Assembly (NCBI GenBank): GCA_030432675.1
Contig: JAUIMA010000001.1
Span: forward strand, 1 to 53,100
DNA length: 53,100 nucleotides
Reading direction: 5' to 3'
Source: Candidatus Hydrogenedentota bacterium
GTDB lineage: Bacteria; Hydrogenedentota; Hydrogenedentia; Hydrogenedentales; JAEUWI01
Below the pieces are notes generated by a model, which saw only the letters and a list, made by a program, of their open reading frames with translations, was not told the DNA's origin and made no database searches. Positions 1-8,911 of this stretch are shown in pieces. Position numbers and translations under genes: made by a program. Positions within the stretch are counted from its first letter, which is position 1. Each line of letters opens with the position of its first letter.

Positions 1-1
1 C

Positions 2-154
2 GGGCCGCAAGTCTACCTCGCAAACGACGGGACATTCACGCCCGTTGGAGATTTCTTTGCCGACCACAACACACCCAAGGCCCCAAAATACCTACCCCAC
101 CGAACGTCTTCCGGGGCGAGCCTGTCCCTACTTTCTGCCGCCGACGCCCCATAG
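2..154 (+). CDS. 3' end of an unidentified gene entering from the left edge (GPQVYLANDG...AADAP*)
   Basis: Frame 2 is open from the window edge to TAG at 152-154; no recognisable motif. Confidence 0.4.
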   Translation, partial: GPQVYLANDGTFTPVGDFFADHNTPKAPKYLPHRTSSGASLSLLSAADAP

Positions 155-223
155 AAGAGCGTGGCGCGATTGTTAAACCATCATGCTCGCTCGGGATTCC
201 GGAGCGCAGAACACTTCCTTTTT

Positions 224-250
224 TGTGCTCTTTGCGTTCTTTGTGGTTAA
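224..250. repeat. 27-bp repeat with 9-bp periodicity (tgtgctctttgcgttctttgtggttaa), copy 1
   Basis: Exact match to 1819-1845; a reverse-complement variant lies at 1664-1690. Confidence 0.85.
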
Positions 251-264
251 AAAACGGGTCCAGC

Positions 265-1536
265 CTACCCCCGCGAATACACCGACTTTCCGTCGCAAAT
301 CGTGTGCTTCACCAGGCCCTTGAGCGTTTCGCCAATAAACGGTGAGTTCTTACTGCGGGAACCAAACTCCGACTCCTGCACTTCCCATTCTGCCTTGGGG
401 TCGAAGATGCAGATATCCGCCGCACCGCCTTCTTTGAGTTCACCCACGCCCAAATCGCACAGGCGGGACCCGGCGACCGTCATGAGCTCAATGGCCCGCT
501 CAAGGGTGATGTGTCCGGGCTCCACCAGATCCGTGATCACCCGCGCCAACGACGTTTCCAGCCCGATGATACCGAAGGGGGCGTCCGCGAATTCGACCGA
601 CTTTTCTGTCGCCGTGTGGGGCGCATGGTCGGTGGCAATGCAATCCACTGTGCCGTCTTTAATGCCTTCGATGATGCCGTCGCAATCCACTTGTTCGCGG
701 AGGGGCGGATTCATCTTGGCGTTGCTATTAAAATCGCGAACGGCCTCGTCGGTGAGGGACCAGTGGTGGGGCGCGGCCTCGCAAGTCACCTTGACGCCTT
801 TTTTCTTATAGCGCCGAATGATGTCGATGCCTTCGGCGGTGGTCACATGCTGGATGTGGATGTGGGCACCAGTGAGCCAGGCCAACCGCGTATTACGGGC
901 GATGGCGATTTCTTCACAGGCTTTCGGGATGCCGGGAATGCCGAGGGTCGTGGCGGTGTAGCCCTCATTCATGGCACCACCACCGGAAAGATCGTGGTCT
1001 TCGCAGTGGGCCATATAGGGCAGGTCCACCATCTTCGCGTATTCCAAGACCCGGCGCATGACGTTGCTGTTCGGGATGTCTTTGCCATCATCCGTCACCG
1101 CCACGGCACCCACATCTTTCAATTCGGCCATCTCAGTGATTTCTTTGCCCATCATGCCCTTGGTGGCACAGGCGGCGGGGCGAATCTTGATGCAGGCCGT
1201 TTCCCGGGCACGCCGGTTCACGAACTCGACCATACCCGCGTTGTCGATGACGGGGTTGGTGTTGGCCATGGGCACCACGGTGGTGAAGCCGCCCCGGGCC
1301 GCCGCACGACTTCCCGTTTCGATGGTCTCTTTCGACTCAAAGCCAGGCTCGCGAAAGTGGACGTGGATGTCGACCAGGCCGGGGCAAACCACGCAGCCCG
1401 TCGCGTCGATGCTTTCATCGCCGCTCAGGTCTTTCCCGATTTTGACGATGGTGTCGCCCTCGAAAAGGACATCCAGTTTTTCAGACACGCCGCTGGCGGG
1501 GTCGATTACGTGGCCATTCTTGATTACGGTGCTCAT
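265..1536 (-). CDS. pyrC: Dihydroorotase (type I, multifunctional-complex type)
   Basis: PGLVDIHVHFREPG metal-binding motif, KMNPPLR, ATDHAPH; start moved to MSTVIKNG at 1536 with AAGGA RBS; downstream of pyrB. Confidence 0.95.
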   Translation of the reverse strand: MSTVIKNGHVIDPASGVSEKLDVLFEGDTIVKIGKDLSGDESIDATGCVVCPGLVDIHVHFREPGFESKETIETGSRAAARGGFTTVVPMANTNPVIDNAGMVEFVNRRARETACIKIRPAACATKGMMGKEITEMAELKDVGAVAVTDDGKDIPNSNVMRRVLEYAKMVDLPYMAHCEDHDLSGGGAMNEGYTATTLGIPGIPKACEEIAIARNTRLAWLTGAHIHIQHVTTAEGIDIIRRYKKKGVKVTCEAAPHHWSLTDEAVRDFNSNAKMNPPLREQVDCDGIIEGIKDGTVDCIATDHAPHTATEKSVEFADAPFGIIGLETSLARVITDLVEPGHITLERAIELMTVAGSRLCDLGVGELKEGGAADICIFDPKAEWEVQESEFGSRSKNSPFIGETLKGLVKHTICDGKSVYSRG

Positions 1537-1663
1537 TACATTTCCTTGTCGCTGCAACGCGGATGCGCTATGCATCAATACGCGCGGTCTCGGGCATACA
1601 GTTTGTTTTCTTAGTACAACGAAGGCCCTAAGCGCAAAACGAAGTTAACCTGCCCAATAATTT

Positions 1664-1845
1664 TTAAACGCAAAGAACGCATAGCGCACAGAAAATTAAT
1701 GGTTGGAGGCTTTGATTGTGTCTAATGGTCGTGCTGAGGCTATTCCGCAGAAGCGGAATGGTATGCATCACTACGGAGGACCGTAGTGACGAGTGTCTCG
1801 TTCTTATGCCAGTTTCTCTGTGCTCTTTGCGTTCTTTGTGGTTAA
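1664..1845. repeat. Inverted pair of 27-bp 9-mer-periodic repeats between pyrB and pyrC
   Basis: 1664-1690 matches the reverse complement of 1819-1845 at 23/27 positions. Confidence 0.8.
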
Positions 1846-1881
1846 GACATTCTATATAGCGCGCGCGTCCCGAAGCGCAAC

Positions 1882-2862
1882 CTATTTCTTGGCGCGTTTC
1901 CCATTGACCAGCAGGTGCATGACCGCCATTCGAATTGCCACCCCGTTACTCACCTGCTCGAGGATGACGCTCCGGGGGCCATCGGCCACGTTGGTGGAAA
2001 GTTCGATATCGCGGTTGATGGGGCCCGGGTGCATGATAATGGCTTCGGGTTTGGCATGGACCAACGCGGCGGTGTCCACCCGAAAGAGGCGGATATATTC
2101 ACGGAGGCTCGGAAACAGTCCGTCACCTTGTCGCTCCAGCTGAATACGAAGGGAATAAATGATGTCGGCCCCGTCGATGGCCTCACGGAGATTGTGGGTC
2201 ACGTCGACGCCCATGCGCTCGATGGCCGTGGGCATGAGGGTAGAAGGGCCACAGAGCGTCACATCGGCACCGAGTTTTTTCAGGCACATGATATTGCTGC
2301 GCGCCACCCGGCTGTGCTCGATATCACCAATCAGGGCCACCCGCACGCCATCCAGGCCCGCCGTGGGGTCTTCCCTCAGGGCACGAATGTGGTTCCGCAT
2401 GGTAAAGGCATCCAGCAGCGCCTGGGTCGGATGCTCGTGCCGTCCGTCGCCCGCGTTGATGATGTGGGAATCATGTCGGGCCGCCAGGATGTGGGGCGCG
2501 CCCGCCGCACCATGGCGCAGGATGATGACATCGGAATGCATGGCCTCAATATTGGCCAGCGTATCGTGGAGGGTTTCGCCCTTGACGGAAGACGAGGAAC
2601 TCGCCGCAATCGCCAGGGTATCGGCCGACAGCCGCTTGGCCGCCAATTCAAAGGAGGTGCGGGTACGCGTGCTGGGCTCGTAGAACCAGTTCACCACCAG
2701 GCGGCCCTGCAACAGGGGCACCTTCTTGATGCCGCTCTCGCGCTCAGACACCGCCACAAACTGGGGCGCCGTATCGAGGATCAGCTCGATTTCTTCCCGG
2801 CTGAGCTCCTCAATACCGAGCAGGTCTTTACGAGACCAATTTAGTTCACGGGACGTGGGCAA
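1882..2862 (-). CDS. pyrB: Aspartate carbamoyltransferase catalytic subunit
   Basis: FYEPSTRTRTSFE, NAGDGRHEHPTQALLD and MHPGPINR motifs. Confidence 0.97.
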   Translation of the reverse strand: MPTSRELNWSRKDLLGIEELSREEIELILDTAPQFVAVSERESGIKKVPLLQGRLVVNWFYEPSTRTRTSFELAAKRLSADTLAIAASSSSSVKGETLHDTLANIEAMHSDVIILRHGAAGAPHILAARHDSHIINAGDGRHEHPTQALLDAFTMRNHIRALREDPTAGLDGVRVALIGDIEHSRVARSNIMCLKKLGADVTLCGPSTLMPTAIERMGVDVTHNLREAIDGADIIYSLRIQLERQGDGLFPSLREYIRLFRVDTAALVHAKPEAIIMHPGPINRDIELSTNVADGPRSVILEQVSNGVAIRMAVMHLLVNGKRAKK

Positions 2863-2868
2863 CGGCGT

Positions 2869-3447
2869 TTATGCTCCTTCTTCCAGGTCGGTGCGGCGGG
2901 TCAATAACACCGCATCTTCCCCATCAATCTCATGCAAGCGGGTGGTCACCCATTCGTTCGGCGTGGTCGCCATGGAATGACCGAGGTAGTCAGCCCGGAT
3001 CGGCAATTCCCGGCCACCACGGTCCACCACACAAGCCAACTGAATACGCCGGGGACGGCCATAGTCCATGACTTCGTCCATGGCCGCGCGAATGGTGCGC
3101 CCCGCCGCGAGGACATCGTCCACCAGCAGGATGGTGCGTCCATCCACATTAAAGTCAAAGTGGGTATTGCCCTTGTCCATGGCGGAGCCAATACCCCCGC
3201 GAAAATCGTCGCGATAGAGGGTCGTCGCCAGCGAACCCACCGGCGGGGCAACGCCCGTCAGCTCTTGAATGATGTCGGCCAGTCGATCGGCCAGGGGCCG
3301 ACCCCGTCGCAGGATACCGAGAAGTGCCAGATCTTCCAGCACGTCGTTACCATGCACGATCTCACGGGCCATCCGGCGGAGGGTTTCCGCCATAGCGGCC
3401 TCGTCCATCACAATCGTGGCTTCATCGGGCGGTGTCATTTCGGTCAT
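2869..3447 (-). CDS. pyrR: Pyrimidine operon regulator / uracil phosphoribosyltransferase PyrR
   Basis: TLYRDD, PRPP-binding ILLVDDVLAAGRTIRAA, VDRGGRELPIRADY; first gene of a pyrR-pyrB-pyrC operon. Confidence 0.93.
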   Translation of the reverse strand: MTEMTPPDEATIVMDEAAMAETLRRMAREIVHGNDVLEDLALLGILRRGRPLADRLADIIQELTGVAPPVGSLATTLYRDDFRGGIGSAMDKGNTHFDFNVDGRTILLVDDVLAAGRTIRAAMDEVMDYGRPRRIQLACVVDRGGRELPIRADYLGHSMATTPNEWVTTRLHEIDGEDAVLLTRRTDLEEGA

Positions 3448-3461
3448 CGCGGTGTCCAGAC

Positions 3462-3494
3462 AAAAAAATTACCCTCTCGTGGGATGGAGAAGGT
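3462..3494 (-). terminator. Intrinsic terminator / attenuator in the pyrR leader
   Basis: Minus strand reads ACCTTCTC-catcccac-GAGAGGGT-AA-TTTTTTT, with the T-run ending 14 nt before the pyrR ATG. Confidence 0.7.
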
Positions 3495-3562
3495 GGGCTC
3501 GTTCATCGTGAGGGCGACCCTTATACGTGATTCGGGTGCAGCCTTATGCGTACACCACGCCG

Positions 3563-3592
3563 ATTGTAGCAGGGTCCCGGCGTCGATGTAAA
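3563..3592 (-). promoter_or_regulatory. Putative sigma70 promoter of the pyr operon
   Basis: Minus strand TTTACA-18 nt-TACAAT with TG extended -10. Confidence 0.55.
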
Positions 3593-3686
3593 CTGGTCGT
3601 TGCCACCTCGGGTGATCGGTTACCCCGGAAACAGCCATTCCCTCTTGGAGCCCTCCCCCCATATGACAACGAGGCCATCGCAAACC

Positions 3687-5120
3687 ATGAAAAAACAACG
3701 ACTCCTCACCCTGTTGCTGTCCGCCATTGCGGTCCTTCTTGTTGCCCTTGTCGGCTATGGGCACTATCTGGGCGAAGAAACCCGTGCCCTGCGTGCGGGT
3801 CACGGCCTGCCGCCCGCTGCGGAACCCTTCGTCCGTATCCAGGAAACCCTCCAGGCCGAATCCATACCCGCGCAAGATAGGGAGAATAGGCGAGGCCCCG
3901 CAGCGCCGGATGAAGCAACCCGTGAACTCGTGGACAACGTTAAGGCGGCGGAAGCCGTACTCACCCGCGCTGACACGATGTTCAGAGAGAACACCGCCTG
4001 GAACGAAGTCTACGACGACCTCTTCAGCCGACCCCAATCGACTTGGAGCGCCGCCGATTGGGCGCGACTCAGCGACGTGTTGGCGGAGAATAGCGATGTT
4101 CTGGCGGAAGTCTACGCCCTCGCGAACGGTAACGGGCCCCTCTATCCCCTGGATTTTTCTCAAGGATACCATCTTCCCCTACCCCACCTGAGCACCGTTC
4201 GTTCTATGGCGCGCCTCCTTCAGGCCAGCGCCATCTCACGGGCCCACAGCGGCGATGAGGCCGGGGCAGCCGCCGACCTCCTCGCGGGCGTCCGCCTGTC
4301 TTCGCGGCTGGAAGAGGAACCCCTCATCATCTCCCAGCTGGTACGGGTCGCCATTGACGCCATCATGTATCAAGGCGTCATCGAATCCTTTCCTCCGGGC
4401 GAGATTCCCCCGGAACTTCTCGCCCAGCTCTCCGCACACCACGAAGCCCGCGACCTCCCGGGGTCCCTGACGGCCATGTGGCAGATGGAAGGCAACATGG
4501 GCGTGGAGTTCATGTCGGGCATCATGAACGGTGGTTGGCAATCGGGCCAGGCGCAATTGCGGGAGTTCTTTCCCCACAGCCAATTTCCCGGTGGTGATTG
4601 GGCCGCCACCATCTATGCAAGCCCCTTCGCACGACCGTGGCAACACCTCGACATGATCGCTTTCGGGCAAGCCATGAACGCCTTCGAGCCGACCCTGGCC
4701 CAGCCCTTTTATGAGGCCCGGCCCATCATCGAAGAGATACAAGGGCATATTGATAGCCTCCCCCGAACCCGGGCCGTCACGCATGGTCTGGTACCCGCCA
4801 TGATGGCCATCCATCGCAGTATGGCCCGCGCCCAAACCTACCAGCACCTCTTGTCGGTCGGAGCCGCTGTAGAGACTTACGGCAACAACAACGGCACCTA
4901 CCCACCGAGCCTCAGTGACCTGCAGGGCGATACCAGCGTCATCGATCCCCACACCGGCGCTCCCTTTCAGTACCGCACTGACGGAGACACTTTCCAGCTC
5001 TACAGCGTCGGGCCCGACCTGACCGATGACGGCGGTGAACACGACGTGGTAGACGGCGACATCGTTTGGCGCGGCACGCGGAAGTCCACGGGCACCACGG
5101 GACTCGTCGCAACACGGTAA
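3687..5120 (+). CDS. Hypothetical membrane-anchored helical protein with C-terminal GspG/pseudopilin-like tail
   Basis: N-terminal MKKQR plus hydrophobic helix; C-terminal YPPSLSDL..IDPHTGAPFQY..FQLYSVGPDLTDDGG resembles the T2SS protein G C-terminal motif. Confidence 0.7.
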   Translation: MKKQRLLTLLLSAIAVLLVALVGYGHYLGEETRALRAGHGLPPAAEPFVRIQETLQAESIPAQDRENRRGPAAPDEATRELVDNVKAAEAVLTRADTMFRENTAWNEVYDDLFSRPQSTWSAADWARLSDVLAENSDVLAEVYALANGNGPLYPLDFSQGYHLPLPHLSTVRSMARLLQASAISRAHSGDEAGAAADLLAGVRLSSRLEEEPLIISQLVRVAIDAIMYQGVIESFPPGEIPPELLAQLSAHHEARDLPGSLTAMWQMEGNMGVEFMSGIMNGGWQSGQAQLREFFPHSQFPGGDWAATIYASPFARPWQHLDMIAFGQAMNAFEPTLAQPFYEARPIIEEIQGHIDSLPRTRAVTHGLVPAMMAIHRSMARAQTYQHLLSVGAAVETYGNNNGTYPPSLSDLQGDTSVIDPHTGAPFQYRTDGDTFQLYSVGPDLTDDGGEHDVVDGDIVWRGTRKSTGTTGLVATR

Positions 5121-5230
5121 GCCCGCGAAACTGAACTATCCCGACGAGACGGAGCGGGTGGAACACTCCCTGGTGAATTAGACCGAAGCTTTTGCTTTAC
5201 CGAATCAATTGCGTCATAATACGAGCATAC

Positions 5231-5258
5231 TTGGTCTACAGGATTTGCGTGCTATACT
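5231..5258 (+). promoter_or_regulatory. Putative extended -10 promoter for the kinase gene
   Basis: TTGGTC-16 nt-TATACT with TGn; the same TGCTATACT occurs at 37126-37134. Confidence 0.4.
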
Positions 5259-5384
5259 CCCTGAACGGCGACTTTCCACCCCTAGAACAGGTGGAATTCG
5301 GCGGGGCCGTTTGGGCAAGAGCACCTCAAATGCGGCCTGTAGATCGACGGGTGCGGTACCATTTTCGACTGATATTACCTTCCT

Positions 5385-8300
5385 ATGAACGCTGACGCAG
5401 ACCTCCTCATCAGCCTGGCTGGAATCCACGTGGGTCTTTTTCAACCCACCAGTATTCCGGTGGGCAAACCCCATTTGATCGGCTCGTTATTGGCTGAGCG
5501 TCTCGATGAAGCGGCCTTGGCTCGGCTCCGAAAATTTACCGCCGCTCAGTTGACCGACCCGACCTCTACCCTGGAAGTCTCTCTTGCCGCCTTAATAGAC
5601 GAAATGAACGGCATGGATCTGGAAAGCTCGAACGCTGCCACCCTTCCGGGTGGCCTGCCCAGAGGGCTGGATGCGGCCTTCACGAGTGGTTCCATTTCTA
5701 CCGAAGAGCCGGGGCGTTATCGCTTCCCGAAAGAACACGCCCGGGGAGGCATGGGGCGTATTCTGGTGGTTCACGATGAATTTCTCGATCGCCGCATTGC
5801 CCTCAAGGAATTGCTGGATCAGCGTTCGGAGCATTCGGGGGACTCGACGGTAAAGGCGGCCAATCCCGGCTCCGACCCGACGTCGAAGCAGCAACGGGAT
5901 CAGTTTCTCTATGAAGCCCGCATTACGGGCTACCTGGAACATCCATCTATCGTGCCCGTCTATGAACTGGGGCAACGGACCAACGGCTCGCTCTACTACA
6001 CGATGCGGCTGGTCAAGGGGCGGAGCCTCCGAATCGCGATTAAGGAAGCGCCGACGACAGAACAACGCCTTCGGCTTCTTTCGCACTTCGTCGACTTGTG
6101 TCAGGCCATCGCCTTTGCCCACGACCGCGGGGTCTTGCACCGCGACATCAAGCCGGGAAACGTCATGGTGGGTGAGTTCGGGGAAACGGTGGTCATTGAT
6201 TGGGGCCTGGCCCGGCTGGTTCAAGAGGGAGAGACGCCCAATGACGCGTTGTTTGAACCCGATGCCACGGGCGACGCCCTGGCCATCGGCACCCCGGCCT
6301 ATATGGCGCCAGAGCAGGCAGCCGGGGACCTCCGGCGTGTAAACGCGCGCTGCGATGTCTATTCGCTGGGTGCCGTACTGTATCAGTTGCTGACCGGGCG
6401 CGCCCCCTATCACGACCGCACCTCCGCTACAGTGCTTCGCAAACTCCTGGCCGGACCGCCCCCCGCGATATCTACGGTGGCCCCTGATGTTCCCGAGCAA
6501 CTGGCGGCCATCTGTGAACGGGCCATGGCACGAAATCCGGAGGCGCGGTATAGCAGCGCGAAGGACCTGGCCGATGACATTGAGCGCTTTCGATCAGGCC
6601 ATCTCGTAGGAGCGTACAACTACAGTGTCCGTGAATTGGTTTCTTTTTTTGTGTGGCGCTTTAAGGGTCCACTCATCGTGGGTGCCTTGGGCGCAATTGG
6701 CATCGCGGCAAGCATCTTTCTGAGTTACGAACAGATACAGGCGGAGCGTGACCGGGCCATCGCGGAGTCGGAGCGTGCCGTCGCCGCTGAAAAACAAGCC
6801 CGGGACGCCCAGGACTTTGCAGAACGGGAGTTTTACTTCGCCGCCATCGCCAGTGCGCGCAAAGACATCAGCGACGGAAGGTACGACCGGGCGATGCAGC
6901 AACTGGACGCCTGTCCACCGCGCTTTCGCCATTGGGAATGGGGCTATCTGCTCTATCTGTGCAATCAGGATCAACAGACCCTGCAGGCCCACGAGCCTGA
7001 AACCATCTGGTCCCTCGAATATTTGCCGGGTGGAACCCACCTGGCCAGCGCCGGGTTCGACAATGCCGCCCGCATCTGGCCGAAACAGGGCAGTGAACCC
7101 ACGCAGACCTACACCAGCCCCCACGGCGCTGTTATCGAAATCAGCCCCCACCCCTCGGAACCGGTCATCGCCTGTGCCGAGGAAAACGGCTACCTTACTA
7201 TCTACGACTACCAGCAGGGAGTCGTGCGCTCCTCTCGGCAACTGACCGAGGAGGATGTGAATTGCATTCAGTTTCACCCAGACGGAACGCGCTACCTCAC
7301 GGGCGACGATGACGGCAAGGTGCGGCTCTGGGATTACCCCGCCCACACAGAGCGCTATGCGGTGACACTTTCGGACCCCGGGGTAGAGTGCATCGCACTC
7401 AACCGGTCGGGCACCCTCTTCGCCACCTGCGACCGAAGCACACAGATCGAAATCCGGGATACGGAAACGGGGCAGGTCCAATTGACGCTGACTGGCCACA
7501 CCGGACGCAATACAGGATTGGCCTTCAGTCCTGATGGCGCTTACTTCGCCAGCTCCAGCCGGGATGGAACGGCCCGTATTTGGGACCTGCAGACGGGGGC
7601 AACAATCCAGACCCTTGCCGGCCATATATCCGCCGTGTGGGCGGTCCGCTTTTCTCCCGACGGCACCCATCTGGCCACCTGCGGATCGGACCTGACCGTA
7701 CGGGTCTGGGACACGTCTACCTGGCAAACAACGCGCATCTATCGTGGCCATCAACGGCAAGTCGACGCCTTGGCCTTTAGTCCCGATGGGCGCACCCTCC
7801 GCTCCGGCGATGATGCCGGCACCTTGAAAGAATGGGACACGGTGTTTCCCGGACCGCACACCGATATGTGGGCACTCCGAGGGCACAGCGGCACTATCAA
7901 TCACGTGACGTACAGTCCCGATGGCACCGTGCTCGTATCTTCAGCCGGTGACTGGAAAACCAGCGACGACACCACCGCCGGGGTTTGGGATGCCGAAACG
8001 GGCACCCTGCTTAACACCCTCAGCGGCCACGGGGCATCCGTCCGTCACGCGTCTTTCCACCCCGGAGAATCCGTGCTGGCCACCGCCAGTCACGACAAGA
8101 CAGTCCGCATCTGGCAAGGCTCCGACTTTGCAAGTTCCCACGTGCTGGGCCCCTTTATCGCCGAAGTAAATGTAACGGCCTTTTCGACGGCATCCCCCGA
8201 CGTGATTGCTGTGGGCCTGCGGGATGGGCAGCTGCGCCTGGTCAACTGGCGGGATGGCACCATCCTCCATGAGTGGGCCGCCCACACGGAGGAAGTGCTT

Positions 8301-8843
8301 GCCCTCCGTTTCAGTCCCAGTGGCGCGGTACTCGTTTCGAGCAGTGCCGACGAATCGGTCCACATTTCGGACGCGACCTCTGGAGAATTGGTCCGCACCA
8401 TCGGCGACCACGCGTCCCGCGTGCCGGCGCTGGCATTTTCGCCGGATGGAAAGCTGCTGGCAACTGGTGGACACGACTGGCGCATCAACCTCTGGGAAAC
8501 GGATGGGTGGACGCAGGTGGACGCCATGGAAGGCCATACCCAGGGCATTTATACCCTCAGCTTCAGCGACGACGGTCGTCGCCTCCTCTCCTCCAGCAGT
8601 GACGGCTCTTCGATCTTGTGGGACATGGACACTCGCCGCGATGTCTTGTCTATACAGGGCCGGGTAGGTGCCCTGCGCCCCGGATCGCAGGATCTGGCCA
8701 CCGGTATGCCAGACGGCAGTATTTACCTCTGGCCTTCTCTCCCCTGGGATGCCGACGTCTATGCGGATGGCAGCGACGCCACCCTCCGGCTACGTTGTGA
8801 GGCCGAGAAGCAGCGCTTCTGGCAGGCCCGCAACCGCCACTAA
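5385..8843 (+). CDS. Hanks-type Ser/Thr protein kinase with a hydrophobic segment, coiled coil and many WD40 repeats
   Basis: RGGMG, IALKE, HRDIKPGN, DWGLA, GTPAYMAPEQ, DVYSLG; repeated GH...FSPDG...D.T.RIWD units in the C-terminal half; start codon uncertain. Confidence 0.92.
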   Translation: MNADADLLISLAGIHVGLFQPTSIPVGKPHLIGSLLAERLDEAALARLRKFTAAQLTDPTSTLEVSLAALIDEMNGMDLESSNAATLPGGLPRGLDAAFTSGSISTEEPGRYRFPKEHARGGMGRILVVHDEFLDRRIALKELLDQRSEHSGDSTVKAANPGSDPTSKQQRDQFLYEARITGYLEHPSIVPVYELGQRTNGSLYYTMRLVKGRSLRIAIKEAPTTEQRLRLLSHFVDLCQAIAFAHDRGVLHRDIKPGNVMVGEFGETVVIDWGLARLVQEGETPNDALFEPDATGDALAIGTPAYMAPEQAAGDLRRVNARCDVYSLGAVLYQLLTGRAPYHDRTSATVLRKLLAGPPPAISTVAPDVPEQLAAICERAMARNPEARYSSAKDLADDIERFRSGHLVGAYNYSVRELVSFFVWRFKGPLIVGALGAIGIAASIFLSYEQIQAERDRAIAESERAVAAEKQARDAQDFAEREFYFAAIASARKDISDGRYDRAMQQLDACPPRFRHWEWGYLLYLCNQDQQTLQAHEPETIWSLEYLPGGTHLASAGFDNAARIWPKQGSEPTQTYTSPHGAVIEISPHPSEPVIACAEENGYLTIYDYQQGVVRSSRQLTEEDVNCIQFHPDGTRYLTGDDDGKVRLWDYPAHTERYAVTLSDPGVECIALNRSGTLFATCDRSTQIEIRDTETGQVQLTLTGHTGRNTGLAFSPDGAYFASSSRDGTARIWDLQTGATIQTLAGHISAVWAVRFSPDGTHLATCGSDLTVRVWDTSTWQTTRIYRGHQRQVDALAFSPDGRTLRSGDDAGTLKEWDTVFPGPHTDMWALRGHSGTINHVTYSPDGTVLVSSAGDWKTSDDTTAGVWDAETGTLLNTLSGHGASVRHASFHPGESVLATASHDKTVRIWQGSDFASSHVLGPFIAEVNVTAFSTASPDVIAVGLRDGQLRLVNWRDGTILHEWAAHTEEVLALRFSPSGAVLVSSSADESVHISDATSGELVRTIGDHASRVPALAFSPDGKLLATGGHDWRINLWETDGWTQVDAMEGHTQGIYTLSFSDDGRRLLSSSSDGSSILWDMDTRRDVLSIQGRVGALRPGSQDLATGMPDGSIYLWPSLPWDADVYADGSDATLRLRCEAEKQRFWQARNRH

Positions 8844-8851
8844 TACCCAAT

Positions 8852-8892
8852 AAAAACGGGCAGTCCACACCCATGGGGTGCGGCCTGCCCGT
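8852..8892 (-). terminator. Terminator hairpin between the convergent kinase and lpdA genes
   Basis: ACGGGCAG...CTGCCCGT stem with AAAAA on its left side (U-tract on the minus strand). Confidence 0.7.
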
Positions 8893-8911
8893 AGCTTGTT
8901 GCGAGGGGTTA

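Noticed and set aside
3444..4172. 242-aa minus-strand ORF upstream of pyrR
   Set aside because: Antisense to the 3687-5120 gene and runs through the pyrR promoter and attenuator
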